The notes: generated from the letters alone by a model not told the origin. Counted from the first letter of the stretch, positions 9,927-18,718 are shown. The stretch: 43,801 bases of DNA from Chitinophagaceae bacterium (GCA_947461495.1 CANHLV010000001.1:1-43801); one strand, 5' to 3'. Program-made: numbers and translations.

Positions 9927-10346
9927 TCAAATGCCTTTGTAAATGTTCCATGCCCAATTCATCAATACCAATAGAATTGCAGGGATAGCTACTATTTTTC
10001 TACAAAGAAATTGTTCAGATTTTTTATAAAAAGATAATAGAGATTGTGATTTGTTGAGCCAATCATAAATAACCCATATTGGAGCTGCAATCATAATCAC
10101 TAATAATATATAACCCAAAGGATTCAGATAAAATCCTTCTGAAAAATTACCATTTAGAATAGACAACAAAGATCTGGTAGAACCACAGGAAGGGCAGGGT
10201 ATGTTGGTGAAATGCTTCAGTAAACAAATGCTTGTTTCTTTGGAATGATGAACTGGTGGATATAACAAATTCATTGTCAGCCAAACATAACCTGCTGCAC
10301 AGGCTATCAATATTATCAGATATAGTCTGTTCCTGTTGAGGGTCAT
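9927..10346 (-). CDS. DUF2752 membrane protein
   Basis: C-x-x-K-x-x-T-x-IPCPSCGSTRS...NPLG signature. Confidence 0.9.
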   Translation of the reverse strand: MTLNRNRLYLIILIACAAGYVWLTMNLLYPPVHHSKETSICLLKHFTNIPCPSCGSTRSLLSILNGNFSEGFYLNPLGYILLVIMIAAPIWVIYDWLNKSQSLLSFYKKSEQFLCRKIVAIPAILLVLMNWAWNIYKGI

Positions 10347-10684
10347 TAATAAAGGAATTGCTGTAATTTCTGCATGTTTTTTTCACGAGTTGCACCTTGA
10401 ATCATAAACCAATCAACGATAGTCCAGATACCCAAACCACCGCAGGTTAATAATTTACCAACACCGATTCCAGTATCGCCAATCATGAAACGATCTATTC
10501 CTAAAGAACCTGCTAAGATTGAAACAATTAAACTTGTGGTTGGATCTTTGAATTGAATGGTAGAAATACCTACCCATTTAGAATCATCCATAGCAATCAA
10601 TCTTTCTCTGATTGCATGCACATGGTGACTTTCGAAGAATTTTGCATTAGACATGATAAACATGTCAACTTTTTGAGCATCCAT
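10346..10684 (-). CDS. TM2 domain protein
   Basis: KDP...SILAGSLGIDRFMIGDTGIGVGKLLTCGGLGIWTIVDWF; 1-nt stop/start overlap with DUF2752. Confidence 0.92.
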   Translation of the reverse strand: MDAQKVDMFIMSNAKFFESHHVHAIRERLIAMDDSKWVGISTIQFKDPTTSLIVSILAGSLGIDRFMIGDTGIGVGKLLTCGGLGIWTIVDWFMIQGATREKNMQKLQQFLY

Positions 10685-10705
10685 TTTTTATAACATTTTT
10701 TGATA

Positions 10706-10740
10706 CATCCTACTCGTAAGGCTTTTCGGTTGCGCCTATT
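10706..10740 (-). promoter_or_regulatory. Candidate cis-regulatory RNA in the TM2 operon leader (DUF805-motif-like)
   Basis: TAGGC-GCAACCGAAAA-GCCTT-ACGAGTAGG: a GC-rich island with an AGGC/GCCT stem and a competing CCT/TAGG pairing, ~22 nt before the ATG. Confidence 0.45.
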
Positions 10741-10849
10741 TTTTAGAGTGGTTAATTGTTCCACTGATTTTAGATTGTCAAACTTAATAAAATATTTGTG
10801 AAATGATGATTTATAATGGTGAGGGTTTTGTTTTTGGTATCGAATTTTT

Positions 10850-10901
10850 AAGACAAAGTCTTTAAGCTCTTTTAGACACCGGTCTGGAGACCGGCGCCAT
10901 T
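10850..10901 (-). repeat. 52-bp repeat unit A (copy 1) containing REP-like hairpin CCGGTC-N4-GACCGG
   Basis: Near-identical to 12454-12506 (one indel, one substitution). Confidence 0.92.
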
Positions 10902-10927
10902 CGTCGATTGTCTGGTGTCAACATCCA

Positions 10928-11140
10928 TTATACAGGCCCCATGCCATGTCTAAAAATAATTTCTAGGCTGATGTAGAAACAAATCATTGAAATGAAAAGT
11001 CCAATGATAAGTCCGATGAGAATGCGAAAGAATTTATTGATTTCAAAAGTTCTCCAAACAATAATTACAGATAGTAATGGAGCAACGAATACCATAATCC
11101 ACATGATTTCTCCAATGATATCTATGATGGATTCTCTCAT
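10928..11140 (-). CDS. Small two-TM membrane protein
   Basis: 70 aa, two hydrophobic helices, ATGA overlap with the upstream ORF. Confidence 0.6.
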   Translation of the reverse strand: MRESIIDIIGEIMWIMVFVAPLLSVIIVWRTFEINKFFRILIGLIIGLFISMICFYISLEIIFRHGMGPV

Positions 11141-11340
11141 TTTTGTAATAGAAAATATAGTAAAAAAATCATAGCGCTAAAAACAATCACAAAAAATAAA
11201 TCGTTTTTCAATTCTATGAATTTTTTCTTTTTAATAGTAAACTGAAAAAGCAAATATCCAAACAACAATACAGGAATGAAAAACACCCGGAGAAATAAAT
11301 AGAGCATGTTTATTGATTTAATGACATTTCTATCATTCAA
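11137..11340 (-). CDS. Small two-TM membrane protein
   Basis: 67 aa with two hydrophobic segments; start uncertain. Confidence 0.5.
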   Translation of the reverse strand: MNDRNVIKSINMLYLFLRVFFIPVLLFGYLLFQFTIKKKKFIELKNDLFFVIVFSAMIFLLYFLLQK

Positions 11341-11361
11341 AGCTTAATATTGTTGAAAAAA

Positions 11362-11832
11362 TTATTCCAAAACAAGCGTAGTTTTTTGTTCGATATTGGT
11401 TCTTCTGTCGAAAATAAAATCAAAGTAATTTGCGTTTCCTGCTTTACCACTAATGTTCATATTTGTTCTTCCTGATTCCAGCCCATTTTTGTCATATGAT
11501 TTGACCTTAATATTTCCTGAAAAATCTTTTTCAAATATCAAATACAGACTCAGTTTGTTTTTGGTGCCGCCAAGCGTGTCGCTGTCAATAATAAATTTTC
11601 CTGTTTTGATGCCGTTTTTAGTTAATGCTTCTGAAAGTGTGATTTTGCATTGCATGGTTTTGTCTACACCCTCAGAAACGCCCTCAAAAAATTCGGTTGC
11701 GGTTTTTCCGACGGTTTCTCCGCCTTTATTTATGGTTTGTTTTGTTTTTTCTTTTACTTGGTTGCAAGAAAAGGCCAATGTGACAGAAACAATCAGAAGC
11801 GTTGTCAATGATTTGGAAAAGGATGATTTCAT
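11362..11832 (-). CDS. Hypothetical lipoprotein
   Basis: Lipobox LAFSC, helical 'GETVGKTATEFFEGVSEGVDK' segment, then a beta domain. Confidence 0.75.
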   Translation of the reverse strand: MKSSFSKSLTTLLIVSVTLAFSCNQVKEKTKQTINKGGETVGKTATEFFEGVSEGVDKTMQCKITLSEALTKNGIKTGKFIIDSDTLGGTKNKLSLYLIFEKDFSGNIKVKSYDKNGLESGRTNMNISGKAGNANYFDFIFDRRTNIEQKTTLVLE

Positions 11833-11866
11833 TTTATAAATGTAAAGTTGTTTGAAAGTAAACCGA

Positions 11867-12394
11867 TCAATAGTTTTGTTTTTCTAGTTTATACCAATTG
11901 TGTTTTTCTCCGTCAAAATCAAAATTTTCCACTAATTCAAAACCTAATTTTTTCACTACATTGTTAGAGGCTACATTATCACAATGTATGGCAGCAATAA
12001 TTTCTTTTAAATTCATCACATTGAAACCATAATCAATGGAAGCTTTTGCGGTTTCTGTGGCGATGCCTTTGCCCCAATGTTTACGAATTAAGCGATACCC
12101 CAAATCATAATAATTGCTTTGATTATTGATGGTGTCTTTCACCAATTTCAATCCAGACCAACCGATAAATTCATTGGTATGTTTATCTACTACAGCCCAT
12201 CTGCCAATGCCATTTTCGACATATTGTTGCTGAACATATTTAATGACTTCGAATAATTTTTGTTTATCGGTTACCGGGTTATTGCCGAGATAACGATGCA
12301 CTTCTGGATCGGAATCGAGTTCGTAAAAGCCATCAACATCAGATTCGATGAGTTCTCTGAGGTAAAATCTTTGTGTTTCGAGGATGATGTTCAT
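11867..12394 (-). CDS. GNAT N-acetyltransferase (RimJ/RimL family)
   Basis: LETQRFYLRE...FIGWSGL...DLGYRL...WGKGIATE...NVASNNVVKKLGF. Confidence 0.92.
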   Translation of the reverse strand: MNIILETQRFYLRELIESDVDGFYELDSDPEVHRYLGNNPVTDKQKLFEVIKYVQQQYVENGIGRWAVVDKHTNEFIGWSGLKLVKDTINNQSNYYDLGYRLIRKHWGKGIATETAKASIDYGFNVMNLKEIIAAIHCDNVASNNVVKKLGFELVENFDFDGEKHNWYKLEKQNY

Positions 12395-12599
12395 TAATGC
12401 TTTGTTTGTAAGGTTTTTGGTTTGTTCGGGAGACCGACGCTAGTTTTATAATAAAGACAAAGTCTTTTAAGCTCTTTTAGACACCGGTCGGGAGACCGGC
12501 GCCATTTGTAGGTAAAATCTTTGTGTTTCGAGGATGATGTTCATTAATGCTTTTTTGTAAGGTTTTTGGTTTGTTCGGGAGACCGGCGCCAGTTTTATA
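12360..12599. repeat. ~90-bp direct repeat B (12360-12450 and 12510-12599) flanking repeat unit A copy 2 (12454-12506)
   Basis: Both B copies carry the GNAT leader, about the first 12 codons and a half REP (CGGGAGACCGRCGC); they differ by one indel and two substitutions. Confidence 0.95.
12467..12544 (-). pseudogene. Duplicated GNAT 5' fragment fused to REP (MNIILETQRFYLQMAPVSRPVSKRA*)
   Basis: First 12 residues identical to the GNAT N-terminus, then the frame reads into repeat A and stops. Confidence 0.7.
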
Positions 12600-12672
12600 T
12601 GAAAATCAACAATTTTGATTTAAAATCAATTAGATTACAAATTCCTAATTATCAGCATCAAGCCGACACAAA

Positions 12673-14268
12673 TTATTCTCTATTTAGTTTTTTATTCGTA
12701 AGAAAAAAGCTATTGGTAATGCCCTTACCTTTTAAATCTACAGTACCCATTTCTACAAAATTATAATCATCTGCTAATCTGATTTTTACTGATTCTGTTA
12801 TATGAATTTTATTGGCACTGCCCGAAGATTCCATTCTGCTGGCGATGTTAACCACGTCTCCCCAAAGGTCATAGCTGTATTTTTGTTTACCAACTATTCC
12901 TGCCACAACTGTACCTGTATGAATGCCAATTCTAATTTTAAGATCATAATTAGTTTCTTTAGCGTAATCCTCTACACATTTAATTGCAGCAATTGCAAAG
13001 TCGGCTACCTGTTGACAATGGGTAACGCTTCTATCTGGAACACCTCCCACAATCATATAGCAGTCGCCAATTGTTTTTATTTTCTCAAGTTTGAATTGTA
13101 CGGCAAGCTCATCAAATTTTCCGAATACATCATTTAGCATGCCCACCAGTTGACGTGGGGAAAGCTTCGCAGACAATTGTGTAAATCCGACAATGTCTGC
13201 AAATAAAACCGTAACCTCAGGAAATGTTTCAGCAATTTGAGATTCGCCTTTTTTTAGTCTGTCGGCAATTAATACTGGGAGTATATTGGTAAGTAATTTT
13301 TCACTATGATCTCTTTCAATCGCAAGCTCCTCAGCATATACAGTTGCATCTGCCGTTTTTTTATTGGCTTCATTAATAACACCTTCCAATTTGTCTGTCA
13401 TTTTATCAATCGCACCGGAAAGTAAACTCAATTCATCTTTTTGATTATCATTAATTCTTTTTTGTAAATCTCCCTGTGTAATGGCCTGTACAGTATCGAT
13501 AATCAACGCTCCTCTTTTCAAAACTTTTTTATAAATAATAAAAGCGAAGAAGATAAAACAGAGCAAGGTCAGCAATGAAGTTGTAATCAACATAAATAAA
13601 AGTTGATTGACTTTAGCCAAAATTGTATCTTCTTCTATCTGAGTTCTTTCATTTAAAAGGTTTACAAACTCAGCAATAGGCTTCATGATAGTAGCTTTGT
13701 AATGATGATATTCGGTACCATGAAGCATATTGATTGCCTTCAAGTGAACAGCTGCTGTATCTGTAGGGGCAACATTATTCTTCTTAATATCATTTATCAT
13801 TCCCATAGCTTCATTTTCTAAATGAACCAAATCATTAGAATAATTCTGTGCATCTTTTAATAAGCCGAACTCTTTAATAGTAATTCCCGCATCTTGCATT
13901 TGCTGTTCGAGAGGAATACAAGTCCCACCCTTAATTGGCGATGGTATTAAACTATCAGTAACCAAATGCCAGTAAACGCCATTGTAATTTTCTGGCCTGC
14001 TGATTTTGCCATTTCGGATATCTAATACATCATTAAAATAAGTTAGATATTTCTCATCTTTTGTAACTACATATGTTCTGGCAAAACGAGTTAATAATTC
14101 AGAAGACCTGAGGAGTTCTTCGGCAAGTTTATAAGAATTAAATCTGGCCTCTTTGGTTTGATATGCTTGCTGTTCTGTTTTGTTTAATAGTACTGCTGAA
14201 ATCATTACAAATACAGAAAGCGGAATGATAAAGCACAAAAAAATAATGAGAAGTTTTTTGATACTCAT
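12673..14268 (-). CDS. Membrane class III adenylate/guanylate cyclase with periplasmic sensor and HAMP domain
   Basis: Two TM helices, HAMP (GDL..RI...DELSLL..AIDKM), catalytic VTVLFADIVGFT, EKIKTIGDCYM, RIGIHTG, YDLWGDVVNIASRMES; Lys/Asp specificity residues indicate ATP. Confidence 0.93.
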   Translation of the reverse strand: MSIKKLLIIFLCFIIPLSVFVMISAVLLNKTEQQAYQTKEARFNSYKLAEELLRSSELLTRFARTYVVTKDEKYLTYFNDVLDIRNGKISRPENYNGVYWHLVTDSLIPSPIKGGTCIPLEQQMQDAGITIKEFGLLKDAQNYSNDLVHLENEAMGMINDIKKNNVAPTDTAAVHLKAINMLHGTEYHHYKATIMKPIAEFVNLLNERTQIEEDTILAKVNQLLFMLITTSLLTLLCFIFFAFIIYKKVLKRGALIIDTVQAITQGDLQKRINDNQKDELSLLSGAIDKMTDKLEGVINEANKKTADATVYAEELAIERDHSEKLLTNILPVLIADRLKKGESQIAETFPEVTVLFADIVGFTQLSAKLSPRQLVGMLNDVFGKFDELAVQFKLEKIKTIGDCYMIVGGVPDRSVTHCQQVADFAIAAIKCVEDYAKETNYDLKIRIGIHTGTVVAGIVGKQKYSYDLWGDVVNIASRMESSGSANKIHITESVKIRLADDYNFVEMGTVDLKGKGITNSFFLTNKKLNRE

Positions 14269-14350
14269 ATGTCGAAATTAAATTGATTTGTGGAGTGTCA
14301 AATTTAATGATTAGTGTTGGTAAATTTTAAATTTGATTTATTGTTACAAA

Positions 14351-15232
14351 CTAGGGTACATTATTTCCCATACTTGCAGACCACAAGGAAAACCAGTCTT
14401 GAAGCTCTAATTCAACATTGATTGATTTCATTGCGTTGGATATTCTTGAAGGCTCCGTTGTGCCGATGACAGGTAAGATTCCTGCGGGATGTTTTAGAAT
14501 CCAGGACAATAATATTGCCTCTTCTGTTACGCAATATTTATCAGCTAATGTTAAGACGGTATTTTTAATATTGTAGGATTGGGCATCTTGTTTTTTAAAA
14601 AATGTTCCTAAAGGCGCCCAACTCATCGGAGTGATGTTATTGATTTGCATATCATCAAGACTTCCATTTGTCATGGCTTCACAATGCGTAAGCGAGAATT
14701 CAATTTGATTATATCTGATGTTTGTTTTTTGCTGAATCAATGCTGTTTGAGAAGGTGAGAAATTTGAAACACCGAAATGAAGAATCTTTCCATCTGATTT
14801 TAAAGTGTCAACTGCTGCACTAATTTCATCAGCTTGCATCAATGGACTTGGTCGATGTAGCAATAGCAAATCGAGGTATTCGGTTTGTAAATTTTTTAAA
14901 GATTGTTCAACAGACCAGATGATATATTCTTTTGAGTATTCGTAATGTTTGATGGAATTATTTCTTGAGGTTCCTTTCAATTGAATGCCGCATTTTGAAA
15001 TCAATTGAATAGATGCCCTGTCAATTCGGCTTTCTATCATTGCTTTTCCAAAATCAGCCTCATTGGTGTAATCGCCATAAATATCAGCATGATCAAATGA
15101 AGTTATGTTGTTGCTGATACAACAATGAATCATTTTCGCCATGTCAAACGTGTTGTAGTTTTTGCCCCAAAAACCCCAGTTCATTGTACCGGCGATAATT
15201 TTAGAAAAAATTGATTTGTTCATTTTGTTCAT
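14351..15232 (-). CDS. Aldo/keto reductase (YdhF-like)
   Basis: FDHADIYG, SKCGI, LDLLLLHRP, GVSNF, NQIE, PMSWAPLG; start at ATG 15232 or 15223. Confidence 0.92.
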   Translation of the reverse strand: MNKMNKSIFSKIIAGTMNWGFWGKNYNTFDMAKMIHCCISNNITSFDHADIYGDYTNEADFGKAMIESRIDRASIQLISKCGIQLKGTSRNNSIKHYEYSKEYIIWSVEQSLKNLQTEYLDLLLLHRPSPLMQADEISAAVDTLKSDGKILHFGVSNFSPSQTALIQQKTNIRYNQIEFSLTHCEAMTNGSLDDMQINNITPMSWAPLGTFFKKQDAQSYNIKNTVLTLADKYCVTEEAILLSWILKHPAGILPVIGTTEPSRISNAMKSINVELELQDWFSLWSASMGNNVP

Positions 15233-15588
15233 TAACTCATTGTGTAAACCACAAAGTTCATTTTGTTTCTTTGTAATATGGCAAATCCGATTAGTAAATA
15301 ATGATTTTATTGATGTAACCAATCATAACCATTAGACAAAGTTACAAGATAGCCTCTCTAAATAAACCCGGATTTTTGGGTAAAGCAACTTTAAATTAAT
15401 ATTGCTTTGAACACAATGATGAAAAAAAATAATTTTAAAAAAATTAATAGCTAAAATACAGAGAGCAAAACATCATAATTGTGGTTAAGAAATTTTAATA
15501 CGTACAACGAATGAAGTAAATTCGCAACTTTCAAAATTTCGATTTAATATCCTTACCTAACGAATCAACTTGGCTAAAACAACAAACA

Positions 15589-16164
15589 ATGAATCAAATA
15601 CATCAAAAAATTCTGATTATAACAGCCCCTTCAGGTGCGGGCAAAACATCAATTACTCATTTTTTGATGAAGACATTTCCGGTACTTTCATTCTCTGTTT
15701 CGGCTGCTACAAGACAAGCTCGCGGCAATGAAACAAATGGCGTTGATTATTATTTTATTACATTGGAAGATTTCAAAAAAAAAATACAACAAAAAGAATT
15801 TGCAGAATGGGAGATGGTTTATGAAGGGAAATATTACGGGACACTAAAATCAGAATTAAAAAGAATTTGGTCGCTGGGAAAAGTTCCTGTTTTAGATATT
15901 GATGTAAAAGGCGCTTTGCATGTACAACAACAATATCCCGAAAACACCCTCAGTATTTTTGTAGAACCACCTTCTGTAGATGAGTTAAAAAAAAGACTTT
16001 TATCAAGAGGTACAGAAACCGAGGAATCATTGGCAGCAAGGGTAAATAAAGCTTCCTATGAAATAAGTTTCAAAGATCATTTTGATAAAATAATTATAAA
16101 TGACAATCTCGATAGCGCCTGTGAACGGGCGTTGAAAATTGTCGGTGATTTTATAAATTCCTGA
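15589..16164 (+). CDS. gmk: Guanylate kinase
   Basis: APSGAGKT P-loop, SAATRQARGNE..GVDYYF, YYGT, DIDVKGA, PPSVDEL..RL..RGTE. Confidence 0.97.
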   Translation: MNQIHQKILIITAPSGAGKTSITHFLMKTFPVLSFSVSAATRQARGNETNGVDYYFITLEDFKKKIQQKEFAEWEMVYEGKYYGTLKSELKRIWSLGKVPVLDIDVKGALHVQQQYPENTLSIFVEPPSVDELKKRLLSRGTETEESLAARVNKASYEISFKDHFDKIIINDNLDSACERALKIVGDFINS

Positions 16165-16207
16165 TTTCAATATGTATAAGTTTGGTGGAAATCACTAATT
16201 TTAAGTT

Positions 16208-17500
16208 ATGGATTGGATTGCTTTATTGGCTATTTTTATTTCTTTAATCTTCATTGGTTTTTTATCGGGAATTGAAATTGCATTTATTTCCGCCAACAAA
16301 CTTTCTATCGAACTTAAGAAAAAACAGGGTACACCTAGTGGAAAAACCTGGGGGAACTTTTCAGATCATCCAACAAGATTTATTGGGACAATACTTGTTG
16401 GCATCAATTTTTTATTAGTCATTTACGGATTGTTGATTGGTGATATGTTGTTTCCGGTTTGGGAGTGGATTAAAAAAATCATGCAAGGTGTGCTTCACCC
16501 GGATTATATCGATTATGTAAAACTATTGGTTGAGGTTTTGCTTTCAACTTCTATTATTTTGTTTACAGAACTAATATGTAAAGCATATTTCAGAGCAAGA
16601 AGTAATGAGATTCTTGATTCGGATTTTATAAGTACTATTACCAGATTTTTATATTGGTTATTTTCATCGTTTTCAACATTTTTTGTAAGTATATCGGAGT
16701 GGATGCTGAAGTATATTTTTAATGTAAAAATTAGTAATGATAAAGAAGCGTTCAGCAAGATTGATCTTGAACAATTCATACAACAGTCTAGGCATATTGA
16801 TGACGAAGAAAACACAAAAATTAATAAAGAATTGTTTGAGAATGCATTGTCATTAAGTGATGTTAAATTAAGAGCTTGCCTGATTCCTAGAAAAGAAATC
16901 GAAGGAGTTGAAACGACAAAGAGCATTGAGGATGTTAGAAACAAATTTATTGAAACTAAGCTTAGCAAAATCCTGGTTTACGAACAAAACATTGATAATA
17001 TTGTTGGTTATGTGCATCACCTGGATTTATTCAAAAACCCTTTAACCTTACAGGAAATCATTCATCCTATACCCGCGGTACCAGAAACCATGAGTGCTTC
17101 TGATTTAATCAATAAATTTAGTAAAGAAAGAAAAAGTATTGCCTGGGTTGTTGATGAATTTGGTGGCACCGCAGGTATTGTTACCATGGAAGATTTGTTG
17201 GAAGAACTGTTTGGAGAAATTGAAGATGAATATGATGTTCCGGAATCTTTTGTAGACAAGCAAATTGCTCAAAACGAATATATTTTCAGTGGCAGACTAG
17301 AGCTTGACTACGTCACTCAAAAATACCATATCAAATTTGAAGGCAATGAAGATGCCGAAACACTTTCCGGCTATATCATTCAGAACCACCAATCTATTCC
17401 CAAACAAAAAGAAAGAATCATCATCGGCAATTTCGAATTCGACATTTTGAATGTTAGCGATACCAGGATTGAAACGGTAAAAGTAAAAGTGCTTAAATAA
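16208..17500 (+). CDS. Hemolysin-family CNNM/CBS/CorC membrane protein
   Basis: DUF21 N-terminus (SGIEIAFIS), CBS pair, VVDEFGGTAGIVTMEDLLEELFGEIEDEYD, CorC_HlyC tail. Confidence 0.93.
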   Translation: MDWIALLAIFISLIFIGFLSGIEIAFISANKLSIELKKKQGTPSGKTWGNFSDHPTRFIGTILVGINFLLVIYGLLIGDMLFPVWEWIKKIMQGVLHPDYIDYVKLLVEVLLSTSIILFTELICKAYFRARSNEILDSDFISTITRFLYWLFSSFSTFFVSISEWMLKYIFNVKISNDKEAFSKIDLEQFIQQSRHIDDEENTKINKELFENALSLSDVKLRACLIPRKEIEGVETTKSIEDVRNKFIETKLSKILVYEQNIDNIVGYVHHLDLFKNPLTLQEIIHPIPAVPETMSASDLINKFSKERKSIAWVVDEFGGTAGIVTMEDLLEELFGEIEDEYDVPESFVDKQIAQNEYIFSGRLELDYVTQKYHIKFEGNEDAETLSGYIIQNHQSIPKQKERIIIGNFEFDILNVSDTRIETVKVKVLK

Positions 17501-17507
17501 TATCTCT

Positions 17508-18569
17508 ATGAACATTGCGGTTCAAATCAATGCTAACTTATCTGATCAAGATATTGCCCGTGATATCAATTACAAGTTGTTCCGTATAGCATCCAGCATC
17601 CAATATCCAGCATCCAGCATCTTTTTCCTAAGTGACAAAAAAAATCACTCTTGTCTATTGAATGATAATATCACAAAACATTTTGCTTTAACTCCGGCAA
17701 TAAAAAACAACATAACTGCAGGCATTTGGTACCAATTTTCTTTGAATAGTTTTTTGAAGAAAAATAAAATAGATGTATTTGTCAGCCATTCACATTACTG
17801 CAATCTGAAATACCAGTCCAGACAAATCATTCACATTTTAAATGATGATTTTATTAGAAAATCAAATCGACATCAATACATAAAAGCGGCTTATCGTATC
17901 ATCGTTTCAAATCAGTACATAAAGCAATTATTAATTGAAAAATTTCCTGAAGCCGAACTTAAAATAATATCCATTCCGCTCTTACCCGACGAACAGATTC
18001 AATCTTTAAATTTTACACAGAAAGAAGAAGTAAAATCAGTGTTAAGTGATGGAAAAGATTTTTATCTATTGATGGCAGCAGGTGTTGAAGAAGATAAAAT
18101 CATTACAACCTTAAAAGCGTTTTCATTTTTTAAGAAATGGCAACAGTCGAGTATGAACCTGTTGATTGTTGCTGATGATAAAAATATCAATTCGTTATCC
18201 AAACAGCTCGAAACATATAAATATAAAGCCGATGTAAAGTTGATTTCGACAGATAAAAAAGATGTTGCATGTGCTGCGGCTTACGGTTGTATTTTCATTT
18301 CCGAAAAACAACAATCAGATTACAAAATGAACGATTGCATGCAAATGCAAATTCCAATGATTGTTCATGATGCTGATTACTTTAAAGCTGAATTCAAGGA
18401 CTCGGTTTTATATGCCAAAACAGACGAAAAGGAATTGTCGCAGAAGATGATTTTATTGTATAAAGATGAGGCACTGAGAAATGAAATAACACATGCAGCT
18501 TACCAGAAAATTATGGAAGTAGATTTGAAAGATTTTACTACAAGATTTCTCCATTCGATTGTTGAATAA
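17508..18569 (+). CDS. GT-B (GT4-like) glycosyltransferase homolog, divergent
   Basis: KIDVFVS, RIIVSNQY.KQ, TLKAFSFFKKWQQSSMNLLI, LYKDEALR; the canonical EGFG-x4-E motif is not retained. Confidence 0.65.
   Translation: MNIAVQINANLSDQDIARDINYKLFRIASSIQYPASSIFFLSDKKNHSCLLNDNITKHFALTPAIKNNITAGIWYQFSLNSFLKKNKIDVFVSHSHYCNLKYQSRQIIHILNDDFIRKSNRHQYIKAAYRIIVSNQYIKQLLIEKFPEAELKIISIPLLPDEQIQSLNFTQKEEVKSVLSDGKDFYLLMAAGVEEDKIITTLKAFSFFKKWQQSSMNLLIVADDKNINSLSKQLETYKYKADVKLISTDKKDVACAAAYGCIFISEKQQSDYKMNDCMQMQIPMIVHDADYFKAEFKDSVLYAKTDEKELSQKMILLYKDEALRNEITHAAYQKIMEVDLKDFTTRFLHSIVE
17588..17621. repeat. Intragenic 7-bp tandem repeat (CAGCATC-type x5)
   Basis: agcatc cagcatc caatatc cagcatc cagcatc, encoding ASSIQYPASSI. 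Confidence 0.85.
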
Positions 18570-18577
18570 AAAATAAA

Positions 18578-18673
18578 AAAGTCAAAATTTAAAAGTAAAA
18601 ATTCAAAATTGATTACCTGATTTTTTAATTTTTACCCCGAGGTTTCGGGACAAGCTTTTTAAATTTTGACTTT
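18578..18673. repeat. Heptamer-periodic inverted repeat with a nested 20-bp REP-like insert (18635-18654)
   Basis: AAAGTCAAAATTTAAAA (18578-18594) pairs perfectly with 18657-18673; the inner arms pair imperfectly; CCCCGAGGTTTCGGGACAAG interrupts the right arm. Confidence 0.8.
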
Positions 18674-18695
18674 AACAATAACCCTTCAAACCTAT

Positions 18696-18703
18696 TAACT
18701 TTG
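18696..18703 (+). promoter_or_regulatory. Bacteroidota sigma-A -7 element for gldC
   Basis: TAACTTTG matches TAnnTTTG, 15 nt before the ATG at 18719. Confidence 0.6.
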
Positions 18704-18718
18704 CCAAAAATTGTGAAT

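Noticed and set aside
8621-12599. CRISPR array or classical integron attC array
   Set aside because: Spacing is irregular (tens of bp to 2 kb), there are no cas or intI genes in the window, and I saw no RYYYAAC/GTTRRRY ends on the repeats.
5150-12600. Prophage or transposon
   Set aside because: No phage structural, integrase or transposase genes were recognised.
5150-14268. SLOG protein plus adenylate cyclase as a cyclic-nucleotide (Pycsar/CBASS-like) defence system
   Set aside because: They are 7 kb apart with unrelated genes between, and the cyclase is a receptor-type HAMP enzyme with no adjacent effector.
16208-17500. Calling this gene gldE or a true hemolysin
   Set aside because: The CNNM/CBS/CorC architecture is shared by paralogs and cannot be assigned to GldE by eye; the family is linked to Mg2+/cation homeostasis.
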